DNA from: an uncultured Deinococcales bacterium
GTDB taxonomy: Bacteria; Deinococcota; Deinococci; Deinococcales; JAAFIG01
Assembly: GCA_964247135.1 (NCBI GenBank)
Contig: CAXTTL010000038.1
Location: forward strand, 1 to 26,852
Reading direction: 5' to 3'
DNA: 26,852 nucleotides
The notes beneath the pieces are model-generated. The model had not been told where the DNA came from and did no database searches. It saw only the letters and a program-made list of their open reading frames with translations. The position numbers and the translations under genes are program-made. Of the stretch, positions 17,028 to 25,806 are shown piece after piece (the stretch's first letter is position 1; every line of letters begins with the position of its first letter).

Positions 17028-19283
17028 TTATTGCACCGGAAAAAGCTTGGAAGTGTCACGGTAATTGGGCAGGTCGCGGAACCAATCTTTGCTCGAGGCG
17101 CCCTTGCTCGAGACCCAAGGGTTAAATTGCAGGTAGGCGTCGCGCAGGTCCAGACCCAGACTGACCGATCCGCCTGCTTGGTCGAGAACTTCATTGAGGT
17201 AGGTGAATTTGGTGGGTAAGTTCATCGCCCAAGGACGGTCGTTGGCGTCCATGTAATAGCGTGCAATGGCGCTGTTGGAGGTGTCTTGTTGGGTGTTGAA
17301 GAAGCCTGGGTCAACTTTGTCGGTGGGTGCCATGCCAGGCAAATGAATCTCGAGGGCGCGACCCCAGTACAAACCATTGGCGATCAAAAATGGATTGAAC
17401 GGTGCAGCGCCGATGGCACTTACGCTGAGGGGTTGGGTCAATTTCAGGCTGACGGTGACTCGACCTGGGCTGTGTTGCGGTTCGCTGGGGACAACGTTGG
17501 CATAGTAGGGGCGGCTGGTCAGGGACGGCGTCAGCAGGTCGTATCCGTCGTCAAACATGATCACCACGGCTTTGGACTGGTTCGCCTCGAGTCCGTTCGC
17601 CAGTCGGTCGGTGGTGTAATGAATCGGTGGCGCTCCAGTTTGCACGACACCGTCTTTTTCCCAGGCATAACTGACGCTGGCGACTTGGCTTGGGCTTAAC
17701 TGGGTCGAGAAGCCAAAACCGCTGTGAAAACCGCCACCCAAAGCCCGCACCACATATTCGGCTTGGATTTCGACGACTTGATTGCTGGCATTGGTGATTT
17801 GCTTGATGTTGTAATCAAAAACGTCGTCGTTGAAGTCGTAATCGCCGAGTTTGGGCCACAGGTCTTCAAACACCAGCGTGCCGTAATCGCCGACGGCTGG
17901 AAAGCTGCTGACAAAAGCTCGAGTTGGATCGTTCGGGAAAGCGTCAAATGGGTCGGTCACGCCATCCGAATCCGAGTCTTGGGCTTGTGGGTCATCGACC
18001 GGTTTGATCGTGCTGGTGTGGGTGGTGGCGGGATCGACGGGATCGCGGGTCACGATGCCGCTGGTTTGCACGGCGCTGAAGGGGGTGACATCGACCAACA
18101 TGACGGCATCGTTAAAGTCCTGATCGCTGCTGTGGTGGCGCAAAATGTCTTCCATGCCCAAGACCAGGGTTTGATTGACGGGGTCGATCAAGAGTACCGT
18201 CTGGGCGCTTTTTGCCACGGTCATGCCTTGGGACTTGTAGGTCTGGTAGTTCAAGACTGGGTCGGAGAAAACGGTTTGTTCATAGCTGCGTTCCTGAACG
18301 CCCGTGCTCGAGCCGCGCCAGCCGTTGGCTGCCAGGAACCAGCCGACGCCCGTGCCCGCCGGAAAGGTGTTGCTCCAGGTGTTGTTGCTGGCGTTGTAGT
18401 ATTTGAGTTGCAATCGGTTGCCGCTCTGCATGGCTCCGCCGCTGTTCTGATACGAAAAGTTTGGGTACGCCATGACCATGCGGCTGCTGATGTCGCTGAC
18501 CGAGGTTGGTGGGTTTGCGGCATCGTAAATGTAATAGCCCACGCTGTTCAGGTAACCTGCACCCTCGTGGACAAAGGTCAAGAAAATTTCGCCCGCCTGG
18601 TTCAAGACCAAATTGGCGCTCGAGTCCTGGGTGATGTAGTGCTGATGAACTGGGTGCGTTGGGACGGGTTGACCCTCGGGCAGGGTGGCATTGATGGTCG
18701 AGAGCAATGATGTCGTGACCTTGCTCGAGTTGCTGAGCAGGGTGTTGGGTTTGCCCAGGCTGTTCCAGTTGCCAAAGCCGTTCAGGTATTGGTAGGTGTA
18801 ATTGATGGTTCTGGTGCTGGTTCTGAGCGGTGTGACGGTGTTTGGGGTCACCACATTTAAAGCCTGGGCGCTTTGGTCATCGAATCTGGCTTTGGCGCTG
18901 CCGTTTTTGATCTCGACCTTGATCGGCTCGCTGATGATGCCGATGTAGTTGACTTTGACCACAATGCTGCTGAGGTCGGCAGGCAGCACCAGGCTTGCGC
19001 GGTAGAAACCGTTTTTGTCGGTGATGCCTTTTTGAAGCAGGCTGTTTTCTTGAATCGTGCCGTCGGGGTTAAAACTTTGAAACACCGAAATGGGTGCGTT
19101 TTCGACGGCGCTGCCCTGAACCGAGGCGCTGATCTCGAGTTGGACGTTTTGGGTGTTCTGGTAGTTGAACACTGGCGTGGGGACTGGGGTGGGGTCGGGG
19201 CTGGTGTTGGTGTTGCAGGCAATCAGGCTGAGTGCCAGACTGGTCAGCAAAACGGCGGCGATGGGTTTGGTGTTGTGTTGCAT
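17028..19283 (-). CDS. LruC-domain lipoprotein (DUF4114/DUF4842-like, with a thrombospondin-3-like Ca-binding motif), 751 aa
   Basis: Start ATG 19283 with AAGGAG RBS (the track extends to 19442). Lipobox LIA-C and PT-rich linker. Motifs TFVHEGAGYLNSVGYY, LGMED...DQDFND, DSDSDGVTDPFDAFPNDP, GTLVFEDLWP..GDYDFND, PFNPFL and EIHLPG..PT. Confidence 0.85.
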   Translation of the reverse strand: MQHNTKPIAAVLLTSLALSLIACNTNTSPDPTPVPTPVFNYQNTQNVQLEISASVQGSAVENAPISVFQSFNPDGTIQENSLLQKGITDKNGFYRASLVLPADLSSIVVKVNYIGIISEPIKVEIKNGSAKARFDDQSAQALNVVTPNTVTPLRTSTRTINYTYQYLNGFGNWNSLGKPNTLLSNSSKVTTSLLSTINATLPEGQPVPTHPVHQHYITQDSSANLVLNQAGEIFLTFVHEGAGYLNSVGYYIYDAANPPTSVSDISSRMVMAYPNFSYQNSGGAMQSGNRLQLKYYNASNNTWSNTFPAGTGVGWFLAANGWRGSSTGVQERSYEQTVFSDPVLNYQTYKSQGMTVAKSAQTVLLIDPVNQTLVLGMEDILRHHSSDQDFNDAVMLVDVTPFSAVQTSGIVTRDPVDPATTHTSTIKPVDDPQAQDSDSDGVTDPFDAFPNDPTRAFVSSFPAVGDYGTLVFEDLWPKLGDYDFNDDVFDYNIKQITNASNQVVEIQAEYVVRALGGGFHSGFGFSTQLSPSQVASVSYAWEKDGVVQTGAPPIHYTTDRLANGLEANQSKAVVIMFDDGYDLLTPSLTSRPYYANVVPSEPQHSPGRVTVSLKLTQPLSVSAIGAAPFNPFLIANGLYWGRALEIHLPGMAPTDKVDPGFFNTQQDTSNSAIARYYMDANDRPWAMNLPTKFTYLNEVLDQAGGSVSLGLDLRDAYLQFNPWVSSKGASSKDWFRDLPNYRDTSKLFPVQ

Positions 19284-19358
19284 GAATAGGACTCCTTTGG
19301 GTGTATGAGATGGCGGGTTATGGTGGCGAAGGCTCGAGAAATGAAAATCTCTAAAAAA

Positions 19359-19402
19359 AGAATAAACTGATAAATTTGAAACTTGTGTGATTTTTGCACA
19401 TT
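19359..19402 (-). promoter_or_regulatory. Promoter of the lipoprotein operon with TGTGC-N5-TCACA box
   Basis: Minus strand AATGTGCAAAAATCACACAAGTTTCAAATTTATCAGTTTATTCT; -10 TATTCT at 19364-19359. 32/52 ungapped identity (19351-19402 versus 10743-10794). Confidence 0.6.
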
Positions 19403-19440
19403 GCAAATTGAATCGCGGTGGCATGATGGATTTAGAAATC

Positions 19441-20583
19441 ATGAACTACCTCCTGACCCTCATCACCCTGATCCTGCTCAATCTTGGAATTGAGGCGCTG
19501 ACGGCACCAGCCAGCAGCCGTCACAGCCAAAAGATTGCCCTCTATGAACCCTTTGAACGCCCCCAACTCGATTGGAATACCTTGCAGGGCAACTGGGTCA
19601 TCAAAGACGGCTGGCTCGAGGGGCGCGACCCCAACAACATCAGCCTGTCCCCGATCAACGCCCCAATCCAGCCGTATCACCTCGAGACCAAACTCGAAAT
19701 TCAGCCCAAGGCAAAAATGGGCTTGATCTTCAACGCCCAGTTCCCCGAGCGCCTGGCGGCGGCACAAGCCGTTCAACTCGAGCAACTCGGGCAGGGTTTG
19801 ATGGTGCGCTGCGGGTTTTATGATCGAAACGGAAACTGGCAGTTGCAAGACGAGGTCAAGCTTCGCTTCACAACCACCCAGTACAAGCTACTCGTCAGCG
19901 TTGACGCGTTTGATTACAGTGTTTCACTGAACGGCGCGACGGTCTTAAAACAGCAACCCCTGCGTTACCGTGGTGGTTTGCCAGGCTTGATGGCAACCGC
20001 CAAAAGCCGTTTTGACAACCTTCAACTCGAGCCGAGTAACGCGCAAACCAGCGTGGTGGCTGGCGACTCGAGCCTCTGGACGACGGTGGGCGGAGCCTGG
20101 CAAATCGAAAGGGCGCTGATTCGCCAGCAATACCCGCAAGGTTACGACCGCAGCCTGATGTTCAACCCGCAACCTTTTGCGCCCAAACGCCTTGTCTTGC
20201 GACTTCGTCACACCCAGGGCAGCGGCGCGGGACTGATTTTCAATGCCAGCAACGACTTTAACCTCGGTGATGCCCAGATGGTGCGTTTTGATGAAACCGG
20301 CAAACGCCTTTTTTGGGGGTATTTCCCAACCGACGGCGAGTTTGTCGGTCAAGGTGCCGCCAGTGTTTCATCGGTCGGCATGACCCCGCACCAGATTCAA
20401 ATTGAGCTGGAGCATGATAGCTATAGCGTTTGGCTCGATGACAGACTGCTGGCTCGAGACATCAAACTTCATTCTAGCCAGGGTTATCTCGGCGTGACCA
20501 CCTCCAAGAGCGCCGCACAGTTCAGTGTTCTGGATGTCAGCACCAGCCAGGGCATCAAGCATTTGATCGGGGCAACACCGTGA
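19441..20583 (+). CDS. Secreted protein with two tandem beta-jelly-roll (DUF1080/concanavalin-like) domains
   Basis: Signal-like N-terminus from ATG 19441 (exact start uncertain). Internal duplication: WNTLQGNWVI/WTTVGGAWQI, MGLIFNA/AGLIFNA, YSVSLNG/YSVWLDD, GGLPGL/QGYLGV. Confidence 0.7.
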   Translation: MNYLLTLITLILLNLGIEALTAPASSRHSQKIALYEPFERPQLDWNTLQGNWVIKDGWLEGRDPNNISLSPINAPIQPYHLETKLEIQPKAKMGLIFNAQFPERLAAAQAVQLEQLGQGLMVRCGFYDRNGNWQLQDEVKLRFTTTQYKLLVSVDAFDYSVSLNGATVLKQQPLRYRGGLPGLMATAKSRFDNLQLEPSNAQTSVVAGDSSLWTTVGGAWQIERALIRQQYPQGYDRSLMFNPQPFAPKRLVLRLRHTQGSGAGLIFNASNDFNLGDAQMVRFDETGKRLFWGYFPTDGEFVGQGAASVSSVGMTPHQIQIELEHDSYSVWLDDRLLARDIKLHSSQGYLGVTTSKSAAQFSVLDVSTSQGIKHLIGATP

Positions 20584-21686
20584 CCGCCAGCCATTCCAAA
20601 CCAAGTTTCAACCTCTGGCAACTCAGCTCTTTTCGGGTGCCCGTGCTCGCCTGGTTGACCAGCCGTCTGCTGATCGCTGCCGTCATGTTCGTCAGCCTGC
20701 AACTCAACCCAAAACGCCATTGGCTCGAGGTTTTCACGCAGTGGGACAGCAATTTTTACCTCGAGATCGCCCGTCAGGGTTACACCTGGACGCTCGGCGA
20801 GGCTTCGAGCGTGGCTTTTTTTCCGTTGTATCCGGTGCTGATGGCAGTGCTGCATTTGCTGATTCCAGATTTGCTGGTCTGCGGTATGGTGCTCAGTTTG
20901 GGGTTTTTTCTGGCGGCATTGATCGTGCTTCACAAACTCTGCACCCACGAATTTGGCGCGGTGGCTGCGGATCGCACCATCTGGCTGCTGGCATTTTTTC
21001 CGAGCGCCCTGTTCTTTGGCGCGATCTACACCGAAAGCCTGTTCTTGTTCTTGACCGTCAGCGCCTTTTACTTTGCCCGGACAAGACAATGGGCTTGGGC
21101 GGGTTTGGTGGGTCTGCTCGCCTCGAGCACCCGCATCAACGGCGCGACCCTGCTGGTGCCACTCATGATTCAATTTTTGGTCGATGTCTTTTCCAAGAAA
21201 ACCCGAGCCGTTAACGCGCTCTGGTTGTTGCTCGTGCCGCTCGGTCTAGTCTCGCACATACTGTTTCTCGAGCGTCATTTTTCTGATCCAATCGCCTTCT
21301 GGACGGTTCAAAGCACCTTCGGACGCATGGGTTGGAATCCCTTTGAAGCCATCTCTCGAGACCTGGCACCTATTGTCGCCGGTCACTGGCAGAGCGCCTG
21401 GAATGTCCCCGTGGATTTGAGTGCCTTGGGGCTGGCTGTTGTAACAGGTTTGATGGCGCTGCGCTTTCTGGGCGTCGCTTACGGCGTCTGGGCTTTGCTC
21501 GGCGTCTTGATTCCGGTTTTGAGTGGCACGGGCAGTTTGTTGCGTTATGCCAGCGTTTTGTTTCCAATCTTTATGGTGCTTGCCCTCAAATTAAACGCCT
21601 GGTTTTATCATTTGTTTAAAATTCTATTTGGTTTCGCATTGATTGCGGTTGCTTTTTTATTTGCCTCGGGAATATTTATCGGTTAA
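20580..21686 (+). CDS. PIG-V-like (Mannosyl_trans2, GT-C) mannosyltransferase family membrane protein
   Basis: QWDSNFYLEIARQGY, AFFPLYP, FFGAIYTESLFL, TRING and RY motifs; multiple TM helices. GTG start overlaps the upstream TGA. Confidence 0.88.
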   Translation: MTASHSKPSFNLWQLSSFRVPVLAWLTSRLLIAAVMFVSLQLNPKRHWLEVFTQWDSNFYLEIARQGYTWTLGEASSVAFFPLYPVLMAVLHLLIPDLLVCGMVLSLGFFLAALIVLHKLCTHEFGAVAADRTIWLLAFFPSALFFGAIYTESLFLFLTVSAFYFARTRQWAWAGLVGLLASSTRINGATLLVPLMIQFLVDVFSKKTRAVNALWLLLVPLGLVSHILFLERHFSDPIAFWTVQSTFGRMGWNPFEAISRDLAPIVAGHWQSAWNVPVDLSALGLAVVTGLMALRFLGVAYGVWALLGVLIPVLSGTGSLLRYASVLFPIFMVLALKLNAWFYHLFKILFGFALIAVAFLFASGIFIG

Positions 21687-21731
21687 TTCAACAATCAAAC
21701 TTTAAAATCTTGATATACGAGGAAAAATACA

Positions 21732-23792
21732 TTGTCTTATCAACTCAAATTGACAACAATACCGATTATTTTATCAGCCATTGCTTTGATAGGGCTTTTT
21801 TCTGCCGTATTGCTTGCGTTTTCTCAACCTTCAAATGATGCTGCGCTCGAGAAAACCGATCAATTTTTGCGACAATCAATGCTGATCAATCATTTGGTTG
21901 GCGAACAATCCCAACCCAAACTCGAGGCGGCGCTGGCAGAATTGCAATCGATTGCCAAGACCCTGTCCGATCTCAAAATGGAATCTCCAGACCTCGAGGC
22001 GGCGCTCGGTCAAGCCCAGCAATTGACGGTTGCGGCGTTGTTGAATGGCTCAGGTCGAGCAAGGTTACAGGCAGTCTCCCAAGAAGCGTTGGTTGCATCT
22101 CATGCCCTTTCAGTGGCGAGCGCCAGAGACCTGAATCGCCTTAAAATTGAGGTTTTGATCATTGTGGCAATCTCGATTGGTTTGATGGTGTTTTTTTGGG
22201 CGTCGCTCGGACAAAACCAGGGCAGGCAACAAGCGCTCTCGCCAGCGCTCGAGCTTGAAACGGACATCACCCAAGTTGACGCCACCCGCGTCGAACTCGA
22301 GAGGGTTGCCGTGGCGCTGCGCGAAAGCAAAGCCCGCAACCTGGCGATCACCCGTGCGGCGCTCGACGCGATCATCACGGTCGATCAGTTCAATTTGATC
22401 ACCGAATTTAACCCTGCGGCGGAGCAAATCTTTGACATTCCCTCCGATCTGGTGCTGGGTCGCAAGCTCAGCGAAGTGATCTTTCCAGAACAACTGCGTG
22501 CGACCTACGAGCACCGAATTGCGGGGCTGATCCGAGACTCCAAAACGCTGGTCTCGGGTGAGCGGCTCGAGATGACGGCGGCACAGGTCGGCGGCAAGGA
22601 GTTTCCGGTCGAATTTTCAATCGTTCAACTCGGCGATGACCCGCCAACCTTTGCCAGTTTTATTCGTGACATCACCGAGCGCAAAGCCGCCGAGGAAGGC
22701 TTAAAAGAGCGCACCAGCCAACTGGACTCGGTGTTTAACGTCTCGCCGGACGGTTTTTTGATTTTTGATGCCAAAGGCAAAGCCATCGATGTCAACCCCG
22801 CCTTTCTCGCCATGACCGGACTCGAGCGCAACCTGGTGATTGGCAACAACGAGTACATGATCAGCGACGAGCATGAGATCAATTCGGTGCTCGAGCACCT
22901 CAGCGATCCGAACCTGCCGTTTTTGAGCAGCCTGGATGCCAGCGAATCGCAGACCGACACCCTGACCTTGATCCGCCCGAATTTGCGGGTGCTGAAACGA
23001 ACCTTGCGGGTCATGCGCAACCAAGAAGAATCGCCCATCGGGCGGGTGATGTACCTGCGCGATGTCACGCACGAAACCGAGGTCAGCCGCATGAAATCCG
23101 AATTCCTGGCGACCGCCGCCCACGAATTGCGCACGCCGATGGCGAGCATTTACGGTTTTGCCGAATTGCTGATGATGCAAGACTTCGACGAATCGACCCG
23201 CAAAGACCTGATCCAAACCATTCACCGTCAGGCGAACCGTTTGGTCAATTTGCTGAACGAGCTGCTCGACCTGGCACGAATTGAAGCTCGGACGGGCAAA
23301 GATTTCAAGATCATGGCGCAACCCATCGCCCCACTGATCGAAGCGACCGCTACAGCCTTCAGTCCGGCGGACCAGCGCCACCGGCTCGAGATTGTGCTGC
23401 CGCCAGAGTTGCCGAGCATGGCGGTTGACGGGGCAAAATTTCAACAGGCGCTGGGCAATGTGATTTCCAACGCCTTCAAGTACTCGCCGGGCGGCGGCGC
23501 GATCAAACTCAGCATTCTCGAGCCGCAGGCATCAAACGATGCTCCGAGTCCGTTCCAATTGGGTATTTCTGTGCGCGATCACGGTTTGGGATTGACACCT
23601 GAGCAGCTATCACGCGTTTTCGAGCGCTTTTACCGAGCCGATGATTCTGGAAACATTCCAGGCACGGGTTTGGGACTCAATTTGGTCAAGGAAATCATTG
23701 AACGCCACGGCGGGCAGGTCGAAATTCAGAGCCAATTCGGTGAGGGCAGCGAAGTGATTCTGTGGTTTCCCAGGCTTGCGGTGAAGGCTTAA
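21732..23792 (+). CDS. Membrane sensor histidine kinase (2 TM, 2 PAS, HisKA, HATPase_c)
   Basis: AALDAIITVD..FNPAAEQIF..IRDITERK and SPDGFLIFD..VNPAF..LRDVT PAS domains. H-box AAHELRTPM, NVISNAFKYS, DHGLG, FERFYR and GTGLGL. TTG start with GAGG upstream. Confidence 0.93.
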   Translation: MSYQLKLTTIPIILSAIALIGLFSAVLLAFSQPSNDAALEKTDQFLRQSMLINHLVGEQSQPKLEAALAELQSIAKTLSDLKMESPDLEAALGQAQQLTVAALLNGSGRARLQAVSQEALVASHALSVASARDLNRLKIEVLIIVAISIGLMVFFWASLGQNQGRQQALSPALELETDITQVDATRVELERVAVALRESKARNLAITRAALDAIITVDQFNLITEFNPAAEQIFDIPSDLVLGRKLSEVIFPEQLRATYEHRIAGLIRDSKTLVSGERLEMTAAQVGGKEFPVEFSIVQLGDDPPTFASFIRDITERKAAEEGLKERTSQLDSVFNVSPDGFLIFDAKGKAIDVNPAFLAMTGLERNLVIGNNEYMISDEHEINSVLEHLSDPNLPFLSSLDASESQTDTLTLIRPNLRVLKRTLRVMRNQEESPIGRVMYLRDVTHETEVSRMKSEFLATAAHELRTPMASIYGFAELLMMQDFDESTRKDLIQTIHRQANRLVNLLNELLDLARIEARTGKDFKIMAQPIAPLIEATATAFSPADQRHRLEIVLPPELPSMAVDGAKFQQALGNVISNAFKYSPGGGAIKLSILEPQASNDAPSPFQLGISVRDHGLGLTPEQLSRVFERFYRADDSGNIPGTGLGLNLVKEIIERHGGQVEIQSQFGEGSEVILWFPRLAVKA

Positions 23793-23815
23793 CCCAGCCA
23801 GACTCGAGGAAGAAG

Positions 23816-24187
23816 ATGCAGAATTCCATTTTGATTGTTGATGACAATGCCGACCTTCGCAAGTTGGTGCGCATGACCTTGCTGCGTTCGCCATTTCAAT
23901 TGCTCGAAGCCGCCAGCGGCGATGAAGCCCTGAGCATGATTCGTGAAATAAAACCACAGATTGTGGTCTTGGATGTCATGATGCCCGGTCAACACGACGG
24001 TTACGACGTGTGCCGCATCGTCAAAAGTGACCCTGAGCTTGCCAGCATCAAAATCGTGTTGCTGACCGCCAGGGGGCAAGAGGCGGACCTCGAGATGGGA
24101 CGTCAGGTTGGGGCGGACGAGTATCTGGTCAAGCCGTTCAGCCCCGCAGAGTTGCTGCGTAAAATCAACTTGTTTGAAATTGCATGA
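23816..24187 (+). CDS. Single-domain response regulator (123 aa)
   Basis: ILIVDDN, VVLDVMMPG..DG, LLTARG and GADEYLVKPFSP motifs; ATG 23816 with GAGGA RBS. Confidence 0.93.
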   Translation: MQNSILIVDDNADLRKLVRMTLLRSPFQLLEAASGDEALSMIREIKPQIVVLDVMMPGQHDGYDVCRIVKSDPELASIKIVLLTARGQEADLEMGRQVGADEYLVKPFSPAELLRKINLFEIA

Positions 24188-24257
24188 GCAGGGCAACCGC
24201 AAAGCAATTCAATGCACTAAGGAATTGGGAATCAATAAATTCCCGATTTGGTGGGAA

Positions 24258-24321
24258 GGGTGAACACAAGGTTCACCCCTACACCACATTGTTTCTCGTA
24301 GGGGCGCTGCTTGCTGCGCCC
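24258..24321. repeat. Pair of oppositely oriented GTAG-type REP elements
   Basis: Minus strand 24282-24258 GTAG-GGGTGAAC-cttgt-GTTCACCC; plus strand 24298-24321 GTAG-GGGCGC-tgcttgct-GCGCCC. Each is a GTAG tetranucleotide followed by a hairpin, in intergenic DNA. Confidence 0.75.
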
Positions 24322-24509
24322 GCCAAAATACGAGTGCTTTTGTAAAAAACAGGGAATATTCGGACTTTGAGGTTATTTTGGAAGATGAGCCTGAACAAAA
24401 ACCCAAATCATTGGTTAAAGTTAAATTAAAGCGTTCGGCTCGAGCTTGGCAATGAATTTCTGTTGTTTGAGGTTGAAGCTCGAGTCTTCCAAAAGTGTAT
24501 AAATTGATA

Positions 24510-24553
24510 CATGTGATAAAAAAACATCTTTTATCAAAAACGTGTTTTATATT
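24510..24553 (+). promoter_or_regulatory. Leaderless-type flippase promoter with TGTGA-N5-AAACA box
   Basis: CATGTGATAAAAAAACATCTTTTATCAAAAACGTGTTTTATATT; -10 TATATT at 24548-24553 lies 6 nt before ATG 24560, with no SD. Confidence 0.6.
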
Positions 24554-24559
24554 AAATAC

Positions 24560-25786
24560 ATGACCGCTCGAGCAAGCCTCAAAACGCACCCGATCCGCAG
24601 CATCAGCACGCTCTTTATCGCCATGCTGCTGGTCAACGGACTCAATTACGCCAACAACCTGATCCTCGGACGGATGCTCGAGCCAGGCGCTTACGGAACG
24701 TATGCAACCTTCACCGCCGTGTTTCTGGTCATCAGCCTGTTGCCCAGCGCCATGCAACAACTCGCGGCTCGAGACAGCCAAATTGGTCATGCCGATGCCA
24801 GTTACCGCCTTGCGCTGAAGCTTGGTTTGATTGCCGCCGTGTTGCTCGGTATTCTCGGTCAACTCAGCGCCAGCACCTTTCAACTGCCAAGCCCCTGGCT
24901 GCTGGCGCTGGCAGCCCTGATGCCCGGCTATGCCCTGTTGGGGGCGCTGCGCGGTCAACATCAAGCCAAGGGCAGCACCTTGCTCAGCCTCAACCTGATT
25001 CTCGAGCACGGCAGCAAAATCCTCATCACGCTTTGCTTGTGGTGGCTGATCCCAGGTCTCAGCGCCGCCGTGTTCGGTTTGCTCGGGTCGCTCTTGGTCG
25101 CGCTGGTCTTCGCCTGGTGGCAACTCGGCAAACCCCAGTTTCAAACCATTGTTCAAACCAACAAAACCCATTCCCTCGAGTTGCAACGTTTTGCCCTGGC
25201 TGCCATGCTCGGGATGTTGGCGCAGGCGCTGATCAACAACAGCGATATTCTTTTGGTGCGGGCGCTACTGCCCCCTAACATTGGAGGACAGTACGCCGCC
25301 ATCGCCATGATCGGACGGGTGATCTTTTTTGCCTCGTGGGCGGTCACGGCGACCCTGTTCCCAATGGTTGCCAAACGCCACCAAGCCGGTCAAGAACACG
25401 CGTCCTTGCTGAAATTTGGGGTGATTGCCGTCGCCGCCCTGAGCCTTGGCATGGTGCTGGTTTGCAGCCTTTACGGTCCAGTGGTGGTTCAGTTGCTGTT
25501 CGGCAACGCCTATCTGGGTGGCGCGTCCTGGTTGCCGTGGTACGCGCTGGCGAGCGGTTTGTATGCCACGGGCAATGTCATGGTCAGCCATGCCCTGGCG
25601 AGCGGAAACAAGTCGATCACTTGGCTGGTTTTTGCCGCCGCAATTTTGCAGATCGTTTTGATTTTGCTGCTGCACCGTTCGGCACTCGAAGTGATTTACG
25701 CGCAAGTCATCGCCATGAGCGTTTTACTGTCCGCCCTCGGTTTCGCCGCCTTCAAATTCCCGTTCAGATTCTCAGTCAAAAAGTAG
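24560..25786 (+). CDS. Oligosaccharide flippase family (Wzx/MOP-like) transporter
   Basis: About 12 hydrophobic helices. NYANNLILGRMLEPGAYG, DILLVRALL...GQYAA...GR and LFPMV patterns are typical of polysaccharide-biosynthesis transporters. Confidence 0.85.
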   Translation: MTARASLKTHPIRSISTLFIAMLLVNGLNYANNLILGRMLEPGAYGTYATFTAVFLVISLLPSAMQQLAARDSQIGHADASYRLALKLGLIAAVLLGILGQLSASTFQLPSPWLLALAALMPGYALLGALRGQHQAKGSTLLSLNLILEHGSKILITLCLWWLIPGLSAAVFGLLGSLLVALVFAWWQLGKPQFQTIVQTNKTHSLELQRFALAAMLGMLAQALINNSDILLVRALLPPNIGGQYAAIAMIGRVIFFASWAVTATLFPMVAKRHQAGQEHASLLKFGVIAVAALSLGMVLVCSLYGPVVVQLLFGNAYLGGASWLPWYALASGLYATGNVMVSHALASGNKSITWLVFAAAILQIVLILLLHRSALEVIYAQVIAMSVLLSALGFAAFKFPFRFSVKK

Positions 25787-25806
25787 TTTTAACAAAGGAG
25801 TTCAAC

